Part shown: piece by piece, positions 26,876-37,579 of the stretch | How the letters are laid out: each line of letters opens with the position of its first letter | Position numbering within the stretch: the first letter of the stretch is position 1 | Assembly (NCBI GenBank): GCA_903910705.1 | Contig: CAIWAN010000052.1 | Coordinates: 5,844 to 69,843 of the forward strand | From: an uncultured Candidatus Marinamargulisbacteria bacterium | GTDB taxonomy: Bacteria; Margulisbacteria; Riflemargulisbacteria; GWF2-35-9 | Direction: 5' to 3' | Length of the DNA stretch: 64,000 bases | Program-made: the position numbers and the translations under genes | Notes under the pieces: generated by a model | Databases searched by the model: none | What the model was told of the DNA's origin: nothing | What the model saw: only the letters and a program-made list of their open reading frames with translations

Positions 26876-28268
26876 CCCGACCACCCTAAAGATCACCGTT
26901 GCTGGTATTCGAGGCCGAATGGGCGAATCGCTCACCCCCACGGTTGCACTTGATTTTGCCGAAATATTTGGGACCATCAATCAAGGCGGGCGGATCGTCC
27001 TCGGAACCGAGACTCGACTCAGCACCCCCGCGATTAAAGCAGCGGTTATCGCAGGATTGCTTGCGACCGGTTGCCATATTATTGATATTGGCATCGTGTC
27101 GACACCCACCACTCAACTCATGGTCAAACACCTTAAGGCCGATGGGGGCATCATGATCACAGCCTCTCACAACCCGATCATGTGGAATGGCCTAAAGTTC
27201 ATCTCGTCGGAAGGGATCTTTTTCGACGAAGCTGAAATGCAAGTCATTTTTGACAAATATCATGGACTTCAACAGTTAAAAACAAAAGCCTCCACGGTAG
27301 AGGCCATTACCCAAAGTGGGTTAATCCATTACGCCTCGATCGAGGACATGGGCATCCTTGATACCTTTCCCAGTGCCCCGCAAGTTCATATCGACAGCAT
27401 CTTGAAGCATGTCAATGTCGACCTTATTCGCCAAGCCAAACTCAATGTCGTGGTGGATGCCTGCAACGGCGCCGCCGCTATTCTTGATCCGATCCTTTTT
27501 GAAGCCCTCGGCATCAACGCGATCATCATCAATAGCGAACCCAACGGCCGGTTCACTCGTGGGCCAGAGCCCTTACCAGAAAATTTAGGCGCTCTTCGAG
27601 AAGCCGTTCGTAAACAGGGGGCGGACATTGGCTTTGCTCAAGACCCCGATGCCGACCGATTGGCTATCGTCAATGAACTGGGCGACCCTATTGGCGAAGA
27701 TTATACCCTCGTTCTCGCCATGCAATATATTCTCAAAAACCATCCCAACCCTAAAGGGAAAATCGTCGCGACGAATCTTTCGACCACCCGTGCCTTTGAT
27801 GATGTCGCAAAGCAATACGGGGCACGCGTCGTTCACACCAAGATCGGCGAGGTCAACGTCTCGAAAGCGCTCATGCATCCCGATGCTATCGTGGGCGGAG
27901 AGGGCAATGGCGGGGTCATTATTCCAGCCATCGGTCTGGGCCGCGACTCCTTTGCAGGGATCACCTTTATTCTTGAATATTTGGCCAAGGAAAAATGTCG
28001 AGTCACCGACCTCGTCAAAACAGTGCCCACTTACAAAGTCGTCAAGGCCCGCAAAGATCTGTCGTCGCCAGAGGAGATCGCTGAGGCGTTAAATAAAACA
28101 CGCACCTTTTATAAAGGGGCAACAATGGATGAGACCGATGGGGTCAAGGTCATCTTCGACGACGCATGGCTACATGTTCGAGCCTCGAACACGGAGCCGA
28201 TTGTTCGATATTTTGCCGAAGCCAAAACCCTTGAGGCCGCTCAAAAGCTTATTGACCCCATTTTCTAA
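26856..28268 (+). CDS. glmM: phosphohexomutase of the phosphoglucosamine-mutase type
   Basis: Active-site TASHNP, GIRG near the N-terminus, and a four-domain length of about 470 aa. Confidence 0.7.
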   Translation: MFNMKTNPTTLKITVAGIRGRMGESLTPTVALDFAEIFGTINQGGRIVLGTETRLSTPAIKAAVIAGLLATGCHIIDIGIVSTPTTQLMVKHLKADGGIMITASHNPIMWNGLKFISSEGIFFDEAEMQVIFDKYHGLQQLKTKASTVEAITQSGLIHYASIEDMGILDTFPSAPQVHIDSILKHVNVDLIRQAKLNVVVDACNGAAAILDPILFEALGINAIIINSEPNGRFTRGPEPLPENLGALREAVRKQGADIGFAQDPDADRLAIVNELGDPIGEDYTLVLAMQYILKNHPNPKGKIVATNLSTTRAFDDVAKQYGARVVHTKIGEVNVSKALMHPDAIVGGEGNGGVIIPAIGLGRDSFAGITFILEYLAKEKCRVTDLVKTVPTYKVVKARKDLSSPEEIAEALNKTRTFYKGATMDETDGVKVIFDDAWLHVRASNTEPIVRYFAEAKTLEAAQKLIDPIF

Positions 28269-28810
28269 TGGACAGCAAAGCCTCGATCCGCACACGACTC
28301 CTTGCGCAAAGAGACTCTCTGCCCACAGAGCAAGTGGCTCGTGAGAGTAAGCAAATTTGCGACAACTTAAAGGCTTTTCTTTCCCTCGATAAACCAAGGT
28401 CAATTTTGCTTTACGCGCCGATCCGAAATGAAGTGGATCCCTTCTATCTTCTTGCGTGGCTTCGAGAAAATCACATCACCGTTTGTCTTCCTTCTATCCA
28501 GTCAGATTCGATCGTCCCGTTGGTCTACGACCCGAATGAGCCGCTCATTCGAGGCAGCTTTGGCATTAACGAACCGTCCCATCGCCTGATCCACCCAACC
28601 CCTTGTGAAATCATCGTGGTTCCCTGTATAGCCGTGGACAAGTCGCATTATCGACTCGGCTATGGCAAAGGCTTTTATGATCGATATTTAAACTCCAATT
28701 CGATCAGTATCGGACTTGCTTATTCATTTCAAGTCCTTGAAAGTTTCCCTCATGAACCACACGATCAACCCCTCTCGAGCATCGTCACCCATAACGAGGT
28801 GTTGCAGTAA
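28268..28810 (+). CDS. 5-formyltetrahydrofolate cyclo-ligase
   Basis: Motif GYGKGFYDRYL and family-typical length. Confidence 0.8.
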   Translation: MDSKASIRTRLLAQRDSLPTEQVARESKQICDNLKAFLSLDKPRSILLYAPIRNEVDPFYLLAWLRENHITVCLPSIQSDSIVPLVYDPNEPLIRGSFGINEPSHRLIHPTPCEIIVVPCIAVDKSHYRLGYGKGFYDRYLNSNSISIGLAYSFQVLESFPHEPHDQPLSSIVTHNEVLQ

Positions 28811-28867
28811 CCCTCCAAATTGTCTATACTGTAAAAGCCCCTTTTGGGCAAAGAGGAGGTTCTCGCT

Positions 28868-29050
28868 ATGTCACTTCACATCGATGACTCAAAATGTATT
28901 GGCTGCGGGGTTTGCTGTTCAATGCTAGAAACGGTTTTTGATATGGATGAAGAGCAAGGGATCGCTCGTGTAATCAACGCCGAAGGCGCATCACACAACG
29001 AGATCCAAGAAGCCATCGAGGCCTGTCCTGTCGAAGCGATTTCAATCTAG
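28868..29050 (+). CDS. small [4Fe-4S] ferredoxin
   Basis: CIGCGVCC...CP cluster motif. The start was moved to the ATG at 28868, which has an AGGAGG RBS; the track ORF begins at a TTG. Confidence 0.7.
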   Translation: MSLHIDDSKCIGCGVCCSMLETVFDMDEEQGIARVINAEGASHNEIQEAIEACPVEAISI

Positions 29051-29142
29051 CCTTCCCTTTACGGAGCTTGTTCGGTTGAATTAAGATAGACACTGATTCC
29101 CCTTGGGGTATCGTGATTAAAACGAAGGATTTAGGGTGAACT

Positions 29143-30225
29143 ATGGAGTTTGTAAGCCATGCTGGGTTTGAAGATTATAACAGCGGTGACGCTGAGTCGT
29201 TTTCAGGCGCAAACTATTTAACCCCCGACGATATCCTAGAGATTATTGCCGAACCCGAAAACAATCTCGATCAGATCGAGAATCTACTTGATCGTGGCGT
29301 CGATATCGTTAAAGAAATCCCCGAGGAGCCCGCCGAAGAACCACCTTCAGCCCCCGAGGCAGCTGAGGTTAGCGATGACAAAGAGGCTAAAACCTCCGAT
29401 GTCGTTAAAATGTACCTCAAAGAGATCGGCAAAGTCAGTCTATTGAATCTGGCGGAGGAGCAGCACATCGCCAAGCTCGTCAACGAAGGTGATCTGGTCG
29501 CCAAACAACAATTGATCGACGCCAACCTTCGTCTCGTCGTGAGTATCGCTAAAAAATATATCGGTCGAGGTATGGCCTTTCTTGACCTCATTCAAGAGGG
29601 CAATATCGGCCTCATTCGTGCCGCTGAAAAGTTTGACTATCGAAAGGGTTACAAGTTCTCGACCTATGCAACATGGTGGATACGCCAAGCCATTACACGT
29701 GCCATTTCCGATCAATCACGCACCATTCGCATCCCCGTTCATCTGGGGGAGACCATGAGCAAACTTCGAAAAGCCTCTCGCGTTCTCATGCAAGAAAAAG
29801 GACGCAAGCCCACCGAAGAAGAGCTTTCAGTCTTCATGGATATGCCGATCGAAAAGATCCGCGAGATCTTTCGCTCATCGTTAACACCTATATCACTAGA
29901 AACACCGATCGGTGACGAGTCTGACAGCAGCAAACTGGGTGACTTTGTCAAAGATGATAAAACCGAGACCCCCGAATCAAATCTCTTTCGGAATTTGCTC
30001 AGACGAGATCTCGACGAGATCATGTCTGAACTTTCAGAACGTGAACGAATGGTTATTAAACTCCGCTTTGGGCTGGTTGATGATCGCCCACGCACACTTG
30101 AAGAAGTTGGAAAGGTCTATGATGTCACCCGCGAGCGAATCCGGCAGATCGAGGCCAAAGCCCTCAAAAAGCTTCGACATCCTTCCCGCCTGAAAAAGCT
30201 TCGAGGGTATTTGCAAGAGGCTTAG
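29143..30225 (+). CDS. RNA polymerase sigma factor of the sigma-70 family, primary-like (RpoD/RpoS group), with an acidic N-terminal extension
   Basis: Regions 1.2 to 4 are present (YLKEIGKV..., [62 protein letters not shown]). Confidence 0.85.
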   Translation: MEFVSHAGFEDYNSGDAESFSGANYLTPDDILEIIAEPENNLDQIENLLDRGVDIVKEIPEEPAEEPPSAPEAAEVSDDKEAKTSDVVKMYLKEIGKVSLLNLAEEQHIAKLVNEGDLVAKQQLIDANLRLVVSIAKKYIGRGMAFLDLIQEGNIGLIRAAEKFDYRKGYKFSTYATWWIRQAITRAISDQSRTIRIPVHLGETMSKLRKASRVLMQEKGRKPTEEELSVFMDMPIEKIREIFRSSLTPISLETPIGDESDSSKLGDFVKDDKTETPESNLFRNLLRRDLDEIMSELSERERMVIKLRFGLVDDRPRTLEEVGKVYDVTRERIRQIEAKALKKLRHPSRLKKLRGYLQEA

Positions 30226-30228
30226 AGC

Positions 30229-32259
30229 ATGAAAGTACAGCTGTCCTTAACGCCTCAGGAACAGCTTGTTTTTCTAAAAGATCTCGATGAACACCTCCTC
30301 CAAAGCGAGAATGCACTTGTAGAGCTTGAACACGGCGAGAATGAAACCAGTAGCATCGAACAACTTTTTCGTAGTTTTCATACCATCAAGGGGAACAGTG
30401 GTATTGCCGATTACACCCTGCTCCACGACCTGACTCATGAGATCGAAAGCGTCCTTTCGGTTTACCGAGCTAAAAAACGTCAAGTTTCAGAGGGATTGAT
30501 CAGTTTATTGTTTAAATCTATCGACCTTATGCGATCCCTTCGAGCCCCCATTCTCAGCCCCAAAACCGACGTAGAAACCGAACCGGTTGAGGCACTCATC
30601 CGTGAAGCGAAGTTGTTCCTTTCAAAGCCAGAAGCGTCAGAAAGATCGATCTCTGCCCATTCCGAACTTGATAAAGACCCCCATCTCCACAACAATATGA
30701 GCATTTACATTAATCTGACCGAACCCATGCCTGCCGTTAGAGGGTTTCAAGTCCTTCAACTTATTGAAAAATCAGGCATAGACTACACCTCCGAGCCTAC
30801 CTTTAATGAAATAAAGGCAGGTAACATCCAAAACCCGATTAACATCCAACTTTCGCCAACAGGACTCGCTGAATTTATTGAAAAACTTATCCCCTCTCTT
30901 TCGACCCATGACGGGGTAAAAGCCATCCATATCCAATACCCTCAACCCAACAATCCAAATAAGACAAAACCCAAAACACTCTCCGAAGCGATCACACAAG
31001 ATACGGAAGAAGAGCTACAAGAAATTCAGATCAATATCCGAAAACTAGATGGACTGATCAATCTGCTCGGCGAAATTCTCATTGATCGGAACAAAATATC
31101 CCAAAACATTCTTCGATTAGAGGAAAAATATAGCATTGACCCCCATGTCATGGAGCTTCTCGACCTTGTCAATCATCTCGGGAAGATCACCTACAATCTT
31201 CAAACAGAGCTGTTGAACATACGAACCATTCCCTTGAATAATATCGTCGAGAAATATCCTCGCCTTATTCGAGAACTGGGTCATCAGCTGGGGAAAAAAG
31301 TGAAACTCGAGATCACCGGGCAACATGTCGAATTGGATCGACTTATTCTTAAACATCTAAACGAACTCATTATTCACCTCATTCGGAACTCAGTTGATCA
31401 TGGGATCGAATCCCCAGAGTACCGACTTGCAAGAGGGAAAAAAGAGTTAGGCACCATTCGAATTGACGCCCATCAAAAGCATAATAAAGCCCATTTTGTG
31501 ATTTCCGATGATGGGAACGGCATCGACCCCAATAGCATCCGAGAATCGCTGGTTAGAAAAAATATCCTCGAAAAAGCAGAAGCCCAACGCACCTCCGACC
31601 AAGAGATCATTCGATATATCTTCTATCCAGGGTTCTCAACAAAAGATGAAGTCTCTGAAATATCTGGACGCGGTGTCGGCATGGATGTCGTACAAAATAC
31701 GATTCAAAAGCTGGGTGGACAAATATCCATCGATAGCGAGAAAGGGGTGGGGACCAGTTTTCGGATTACCTTACCCTTAACGCTCGCCATTATTCATGGA
31801 CTGGTGACCCAAGTAAACAAGAAAACGTTTGTTATCCCCATAAACTATGTTGAGGAGGTCTTGCGATGCCGAGGCGAAGATGTTCGGATCATGAACAAAA
31901 AACCTCATATCATTTTGCGAGACACCTTGATCCCCCTTGTAAACTTGACTGCGTTACTTTATGGCAACAACCTCGACATTGCAAAGAGCGGAAAACTCTT
32001 CATTGTCGTTGTTGTCTATAATGATAAACCCACGGGGATCGTCGTAGATAAACTTCTCGGCGAAGAAGAAATCGTTATAAAAAATATTGACTATGCTGCC
32101 GACAAATACTATATAATCCATTCAGCAACGATAATGGGGACAGGTGATGTCGGATTGATCCTTGATATTGCGTCACTCCTCGACTATCTAACCATGCATA
32201 GAGAGGAATCAGCTCGGATCTTAGTATCCGACACAAATCATGAAAATACTCATCGTTGA
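30229..32259 (+). CDS. cheA: chemotaxis histidine kinase CheA
   Basis: HPt motif FHTIKGNSG, an HATPase domain and a C-terminal CheW-like domain. Confidence 0.9.
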   Translation: MKVQLSLTPQEQLVFLKDLDEHLLQSENALVELEHGENETSSIEQLFRSFHTIKGNSGIADYTLLHDLTHEIESVLSVYRAKKRQVSEGLISLLFKSIDLMRSLRAPILSPKTDVETEPVEALIREAKLFLSKPEASERSISAHSELDKDPHLHNNMSIYINLTEPMPAVRGFQVLQLIEKSGIDYTSEPTFNEIKAGNIQNPINIQLSPTGLAEFIEKLIPSLSTHDGVKAIHIQYPQPNNPNKTKPKTLSEAITQDTEEELQEIQINIRKLDGLINLLGEILIDRNKISQNILRLEEKYSIDPHVMELLDLVNHLGKITYNLQTELLNIRTIPLNNIVEKYPRLIRELGHQLGKKVKLEITGQHVELDRLILKHLNELIIHLIRNSVDHGIESPEYRLARGKKELGTIRIDAHQKHNKAHFVISDDGNGIDPNSIRESLVRKNILEKAEAQRTSDQEIIRYIFYPGFSTKDEVSEISGRGVGMDVVQNTIQKLGGQISIDSEKGVGTSFRITLPLTLAIIHGLVTQVNKKTFVIPINYVEEVLRCRGEDVRIMNKKPHIILRDTLIPLVNLTALLYGNNLDIAKSGKLFIVVVVYNDKPTGIVVDKLLGEEEIVIKNIDYAADKYYIIHSATIMGTGDVGLILDIASLLDYLTMHREESARILVSDTNHENTHR

Positions 32260-32602
32260 TGATTCCCCTTTAATTATCAAGCGTCTTGGCGAGTTTCTCT
32301 CTGATTTAGGCCATCAGGTCATTATTGCTTATGACGGCAAAGAATCGATGGTCGCTTACAATCAAGAACTTCCTGATCTCGTCTTTATGGACATCCTGAT
32401 GCCAGGTCCCGATGGGATTAGCGTCATGAGAAGCATCATTTCTAAGCATGCCAAAGCACGGATCATCATCATGAGCAGCATGGGGCAGCAATCCAAGGTT
32501 ATTGAGGCGATCCAGTACGGCGCCATCGATTTTATCGTAAAACCGTTTGAACCCTCGAAGATTCTGCTCGCACTCGAAAAAGCAACAAACACCCTTTCAT
32601 GA
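32240..32602 (+). CDS. cheY: chemotaxis response regulator CheY
   Basis: Single REC domain (ILIVDDS..., DILMPG..., K residue) that overlaps the cheA stop. Confidence 0.85.
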   Translation: MKILIVDDSPLIIKRLGEFLSDLGHQVIIAYDGKESMVAYNQELPDLVFMDILMPGPDGISVMRSIISKHAKARIIIMSSMGQQSKVIEAIQYGAIDFIVKPFEPSKILLALEKATNTLS

Positions 32603-33354
32603 TCATCCCTATCGAGGCCCTTCCTAAAGCCATCCTCATTTCAACATTGCTTTCAGAGGTTTTTCGAATGGCTATTCCCGTTTTGTTGATATTAGCTTTC
32701 CGTCAAAAAAATAATATCCCCATCCGTAGTTTCTTGTTTGGGATTGGCCTCGCACTATTAACGGGAGGAAAGTTCTTATTTCTTATAAAACAACAACTCT
32801 TTTCAGGATGGGGCCCTGTTTATGTTGTCCTTATTAGCATCCTCGTTGAATGGCTAGTCAGAGAATGGGTCGTTCATCGTTGGGATCAATGGGAAAGCAA
32901 AGCCGTCGCTATTCAATTCGTTGCTGGATACTTGTTTACAAAGATATTCCTCCTTGGACTAAGCTATTTTCTTATATCCTCAATAAATTTTGTACTACTG
33001 TCAAATCACTCCGATTCAGCCAAAGAAATCATTCAAAGTATTCAGCCTCTTCTTAGCCATATTCTACTCGTTTTCCAGAGTGTTTTTCATCTTGGATATA
33101 TTTTCATATTATTCATCTTCATAATTATTCGGGTCCGACTCAAAACGAATCCTTTGTGGCAACGGTTTTCTGTAGAGGCATTATTCATATTTCTACAGGG
33201 GTTTATCCTCCTTGTAGATATGGCTGCCATTAACGATCCAAGAGCCCCTATCGGTGCACTCTTTTTTGCAGTTATATCTGGAACCGTTGGCCTCGGGTAT
33301 TACTTGATAAGATCGATCAATGAACTTCCAGAAGCACCTTCGATCGCTTCGTAA
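32599..33354 (+). CDS. hypothetical polytopic membrane protein
   Basis: About 7 predicted TM helices. It has EW..RE and F...H motifs weakly reminiscent of CPBP proteases. Confidence 0.45.
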   Translation: MIIPIEALPKAILISTLLSEVFRMAIPVLLILAFRQKNNIPIRSFLFGIGLALLTGGKFLFLIKQQLFSGWGPVYVVLISILVEWLVREWVVHRWDQWESKAVAIQFVAGYLFTKIFLLGLSYFLISSINFVLLSNHSDSAKEIIQSIQPLLSHILLVFQSVFHLGYIFILFIFIIIRVRLKTNPLWQRFSVEALFIFLQGFILLVDMAAINDPRAPIGALFFAVISGTVGLGYYLIRSINELPEAPSIAS

Positions 33355-33892
33355 GGGAGGCGTTCTCGCCATCCCCACTGACACGGTATATGGCCTTGCG
33401 TGTCTAGCATCCATTCCTTCAGCCGTAGATAAAGTTACCATCATCAAACAACGTGACGAGCGGAAACATTATGTCCTTCAAGTGGCCACGCTTGCAGATG
33501 CAAAAGCCCTCGTTCATTTCGATCAGCACGCCATACTTCATAAGGTTTCACAATACTGGCCCGGCGAGATCACCTTTGTCTTTAAAAAGGCACCTCACCT
33601 TTCCTATTCATTCCTTGGGCCGACGATCGCGATACGCATTCCGAATCTCGCCCTCACCCTATCACTATTAACCGAAGTGAATGAACCCCTTGTCGTGACT
33701 AGCCTCAATCGCTCGGGATACCCGCCCATATTATCAGCACAGGATATTCCAGTCGATCTTCGAAAGGAGCTCGATGGCGTCATTGTCTTCGACCAGCCTC
33801 TTTCCAACATTCCCTCCACCATCGTCGACCTCAGTCAATCGATCCCGAGAGTATTACGAGAAGGAAAGATTAAATTTTCTCTATCTTTGTAA
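33320..33892 (+). CDS. tsaC: L-threonylcarbamoyladenylate synthase (YrdC/TsaC family)
   Basis: AIPTDTVYGLA and the YrdC fold length. Confidence 0.8.
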   Translation: MNFQKHLRSLRKGGVLAIPTDTVYGLACLASIPSAVDKVTIIKQRDERKHYVLQVATLADAKALVHFDQHAILHKVSQYWPGEITFVFKKAPHLSYSFLGPTIAIRIPNLALTLSLLTEVNEPLVVTSLNRSGYPPILSAQDIPVDLRKELDGVIVFDQPLSNIPSTIVDLSQSIPRVLREGKIKFSLSL

Positions 33893-33917
33893 CACAGGCA
33901 AATGTATAATAATCACT

Positions 33918-34847
33918 ATGGAAACTGAGAACACTCTTAAACTTATTGATTTTCGCGTTTCAAAAAAAGACAGCAAGGGGAACATTCAAGAGCAGGTCTT
34001 CGGTATCAACGTCTATAAAGTTAAAGAAGTTATTTTCCGCCCCCCCAAATTAAATACAATGCCCAATAAATCCGAATTTATTGAAGGGATCATCAATCTT
34101 CGAGGCCATGTTATCCCAATTATTAATCTTCAAAAAAGACTAGGTTATGCCTCCGACGATATACTCTGCGATTATTTTATTATTTCAGAATGCAATAATA
34201 TTGTATTTGGGTTTATGGTCCATAAAATCATGAAGATCAGGCTCATTAAATGGGATGATGTTTTTGCGCCCCCAGAGGAGATTAAAAACTCATATGGAGA
34301 TCTGGTTACATCGATGACCGTTATCGAAAACAAAGAGATCATGCTAATTTTAGATTTTGAAAAAATCATTTCAGACCTCGACGAGAACACCATTGATATC
34401 AAAAGTCATGTTGAATCAATGAATAGCGCGCCCCCCCCATCTTCAGACAAATCAAAAACCGTCCTTTGCATTGATGATTCTGGCATTGCAAGAAATATGA
34501 TTCGACAAACTCTTGAAACAGCCGGATACGATTTCATCGAAGCCGTAAACGGGATTGATGGGCTTCAAATGATCAAAAACCTTTCGGATGAAGCTACCTC
34601 AGAGGGGCGTGCGCTAGCTGATAAGATCGGGGTCATTCTTTGCGATGTCGAAATGCCCCTTATGGATGGATTTACGTTCACCAAAACGATAAAAGCAAAC
34701 CCTCTCTACCGAAACATTCCGGTCATCATTCACTCCTCTCTCAGCAAAACCATTCTTTCTGACCGAGGAAATAATGTTGGCGCGGACGACTACCTTACAA
34801 AATTCAGCATCGAAAATTTACTCGCCTCTGTACGAAAATTCCTGTGA
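33918..34847 (+). CDS. cheV: chemotaxis coupling protein CheV (CheW domain plus REC)
   Basis: N-terminal CheW-like domain and C-terminal REC (VLCIDDS..., ILCDVEMPLMDG). The start was set to the in-frame ATG at 33918. Confidence 0.8.
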   Translation: METENTLKLIDFRVSKKDSKGNIQEQVFGINVYKVKEVIFRPPKLNTMPNKSEFIEGIINLRGHVIPIINLQKRLGYASDDILCDYFIISECNNIVFGFMVHKIMKIRLIKWDDVFAPPEEIKNSYGDLVTSMTVIENKEIMLILDFEKIISDLDENTIDIKSHVESMNSAPPPSSDKSKTVLCIDDSGIARNMIRQTLETAGYDFIEAVNGIDGLQMIKNLSDEATSEGRALADKIGVILCDVEMPLMDGFTFTKTIKANPLYRNIPVIIHSSLSKTILSDRGNNVGADDYLTKFSIENLLASVRKFL

Positions 34848-35206
34848 ACATCTTAGCTGTTGACGACAAAAAGGACATTTTAACGCTCATTAAAACAATC
34901 CTCGAATTTGAAGGACACACGGTGACAGATGTCGATAATGGTGATGATGCCATCATGGCTTGTGGAACAACATCATTTGACCTGATTCTATTAGATCTGA
35001 TGATGGACGGCAAAGATGGGTTTACCACCCTTGATATCATTCGACGATCAACGTTCAACGCCTCAACTCATGTTATTGCGCTCACAGCAAAAGCCTACAA
35101 CAGTGACCGAACGTTGGTACTAACTCGTGGATTTAATGATCACATTGCAAAGCCCTTCAGAGCCGCTGAACTGATCCAAAAAGTTGCGTTGCTTTCAAGA
35201 AAATAA
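34844..35206 (+). CDS. single-domain response regulator (REC only)
   Basis: ILAVDDK..., LILLDLMMDG..., AKP. Confidence 0.8.
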   Translation: MNILAVDDKKDILTLIKTILEFEGHTVTDVDNGDDAIMACGTTSFDLILLDLMMDGKDGFTTLDIIRRSTFNASTHVIALTAKAYNSDRTLVLTRGFNDHIAKPFRAAELIQKVALLSRK

Positions 35207-35207
35207 A

Positions 35208-35229
35208 TTAGGGCACTTTCGTGCCCTAA
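35208..35229. terminator. bidirectional rho-independent terminator TTAGGGCAC-tttc-GTGCCCTAA between convergent genes
   Basis: 9-bp perfect stem. On the minus strand it is followed by a T-rich run. Confidence 0.6.
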
Positions 35230-35254
35230 TAAAAATCACCATTACAATAAATAT

Positions 35255-35620
35255 TTAAAAACTCTGAAGCGCTTGTTCTTGGGTAGAAAAGATGTCAATT
35301 TTCTTTGAGATCTTCGTGATCTCAAGAACTCGTTTTACCTCAACATTGGGGCAAGCAATCTTAAAGATTCCGCCTTTTTCAGAAACCTGCTTATAGCCAT
35401 CAAAAATAGCCCCAAGTCCTGATGAGTCCACATAATTAACAAGCTTAATATTAAGAAGGATGTGGTGATGACCTTTTGCTAGCTCATTCTCAACGGCTTC
35501 ACTCAATAAATAATTATTGTCCACATCTAATTCAACCTCACCCGAAACCCCTGAAGCTTCTTTTTTTAAACCAAGATGAACAATCGAGACATTTCCTTTG
35601 TTTTCTGTAAAGATTTCCAA
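35255..35620 (-). CDS. anti-sigma-factor antagonist (STAS domain)
   Basis: STAS fold, with a phosphorylatable Ser in VDSSGLGAI. Confidence 0.8.
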   Translation of the reverse strand: MEIFTENKGNVSIVHLGLKKEASGVSGEVELDVDNNYLLSEAVENELAKGHHHILLNIKLVNYVDSSGLGAIFDGYKQVSEKGGIFKIACPNVEVKRVLEITKISKKIDIFSTQEQALQSF

Positions 35621-35706
35621 CCGCGATTCCTCCTTTACCCCAATTACAGTCTGTTGCTAATGATAGTACAGCTCGCTGACAATGCTTGTCAATATTGCAA
35701 GCCCCC

Positions 35707-37476
35707 CTACACCCTTTTTATAACAATAACCGTAAAGTCATCATGACGAGGAACCCCTTCAGAATAAGTAAGAATGCTCTCCTGTAAGGCATCCACGATA
35801 CCTTGAGCCGTTAACTGTTTATTCCTTCGAATAAGTGCCTTTAGCCGCTCAAGGCCATAATCAATACCCTGTTTGTCTCGGGCTTCTGTTATGCCATCCG
35901 TAAACATCACAACGATATCACCCATCGCCAGAGGAACGGTTTCTTTATCATAGGTGCTTCCACTAAAAGCACCAAGCGGAAGGCCTCCTGCGTCCTGTAA
36001 CAATCGAAACGATTGATCATTAGCACAAAACAATAAAGGGAACTCATGTCCAGCGTTAGTATAGGTATAGGTACACGTCTCATCATCTATTAAAGCAAAA
36101 ACACTAGGAATATAGTTTTTTACACTTTTATTCCGGTATAAATTATCATTGATCGTATAGAAGATTTCATCAGGACCACCCTGACCAAAAACTGAAAATT
36201 GCATGACACCCTTAAAGAAAGCCATGATCAAGGCAGCAGGAATCCCCTTCCCCACAATATCCGTAAGGGTCACAGCCAGTAGTTTTTCCGTTAGCGGAAA
36301 AAAATCAAAATAGTCCCCCCCGATGGTTCGAGCAGCGACGGAGGTTGCAGCGACCTGAAAATGCTGCAGAACCGGTTTGATCTTTGCCTGCAATCCCACT
36401 TGAATACTATGAGCCACTTGAAGCTCTTTCTGGGTGATCTGCTCTTTGAGGGTCTGCTCATATAACCGGTTATTCTCAATGGATGCCCCTGAAAACGAAA
36501 TAATGGTTTCGAGGATACTAATATCATTTTCCGTCCATTTTTCTTTTTCAACCGTTCGGCGAATGAGCGTCATAAATCCGATCGTTTTCTCGCGAATAAC
36601 CATAGGGATAATAAGCATCTCTGGAACAAGAACATCAATTACGGTGGGGTCTCCCGTCTTATAAATTTTCACAGAATCAAGCTTTGAAATATACCCATCA
36701 TGTTCTTTTACCCAAGAAAGCAGATTTCCCTTATCATCCACTTCAATTTGATCGAGGTTGTCAGGGAAATCGCGCTCAAACTCGCTAATTGAAAGCGAAA
36801 TATCAAAGAGCTGTGTATGCCAAGAGCAGCGAACCTTCGGCTCACCCGTCACATCATCATAAAGAACCATGAACCCCATCTGAGCATTAGAATGACTTAA
36901 AACAAGCTCACCCAAAATGGAGAACATGTCTTCGAGATCAACAACGTAATACGTCATATTTCGAGCTTCGTTGATAACATCCATTTTTTTAAACAACAAG
37001 GCCTGATGCTTATGCGTAATAATGAAGTACCGTTCTTGGAATAGAATAGCGACCAGCGAACAAAAATCAAAAGAGGGCAGGAACATACTCGGCGAATGAA
37101 CCAGCAAAACACCCTCGATTTTATCTTCAAGCAACATAGGGATCACTACTAAATGGTCAATATTTAGATCCTCCCCAACACTTGGAGCGATGTCTTCTAG
37201 GTACACTGAAAAATTCTGAGGCCTAAAAACCAAGCCCGAGCGTTCTTCTATTCGAGCGATCAACGCATCCTTTTGGCTCGTGATAGACCTTGAAGGGAAC
37301 TTGCTATAACCATAGAGGCTCGATCGTTTTGGGGATTTCACCAAAACAAAGGCAGCCATTGCATTGTCAACGAGATTTTCTCGAAGAAAATTTAGCGCCG
37401 AGCTGACCAAGTCTTCCTCGCTCATAAACGTGTTAAATTGACTTCGAAGCTGAATTAATTTTGCTAATGTATCCAC
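35707..37476 (-). CDS. PP2C-family serine phosphatase (SpoIIE/RsbU-like) with an N-terminal GAF-like sensor region
   Basis: C-terminal PP2C blocks (GDYFDFF, MFTDGITEA, DDFTVIVIK). Confidence 0.8.
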   Translation of the reverse strand: MDTLAKLIQLRSQFNTFMSEEDLVSSALNFLRENLVDNAMAAFVLVKSPKRSSLYGYSKFPSRSITSQKDALIARIEERSGLVFRPQNFSVYLEDIAPSVGEDLNIDHLVVIPMLLEDKIEGVLLVHSPSMFLPSFDFCSLVAILFQERYFIITHKHQALLFKKMDVINEARNMTYYVVDLEDMFSILGELVLSHSNAQMGFMVLYDDVTGEPKVRCSWHTQLFDISLSISEFERDFPDNLDQIEVDDKGNLLSWVKEHDGYISKLDSVKIYKTGDPTVIDVLVPEMLIIPMVIREKTIGFMTLIRRTVEKEKWTENDISILETIISFSGASIENNRLYEQTLKEQITQKELQVAHSIQVGLQAKIKPVLQHFQVAATSVAARTIGGDYFDFFPLTEKLLAVTLTDIVGKGIPAALIMAFFKGVMQFSVFGQGGPDEIFYTINDNLYRNKSVKNYIPSVFALIDDETCTYTYTNAGHEFPLLFCANDQSFRLLQDAGGLPLGAFSGSTYDKETVPLAMGDIVVMFTDGITEARDKQGIDYGLERLKALIRRNKQLTAQGIVDALQESILTYSEGVPRHDDFTVIVIKRV

Positions 37477-37551
37477 GACGACTCCCTCATCCCCCTTTCA
37501 TTTTACGCAATAATGAGAATAACAGGAATAGATAATCTCATATAATTATCG

Positions 37552-37579
37552 TTGCATCCCAAGATGGGTCAGTTATAAT
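37552..37579 (+). promoter_or_regulatory. sigma70-like promoter TTGCAT-N16-TATAAT upstream of metK
   Basis: -35 at 37552-57 and -10 at 37574-79. An AAGGAG RBS precedes the ATG at 37616. Confidence 0.45.
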
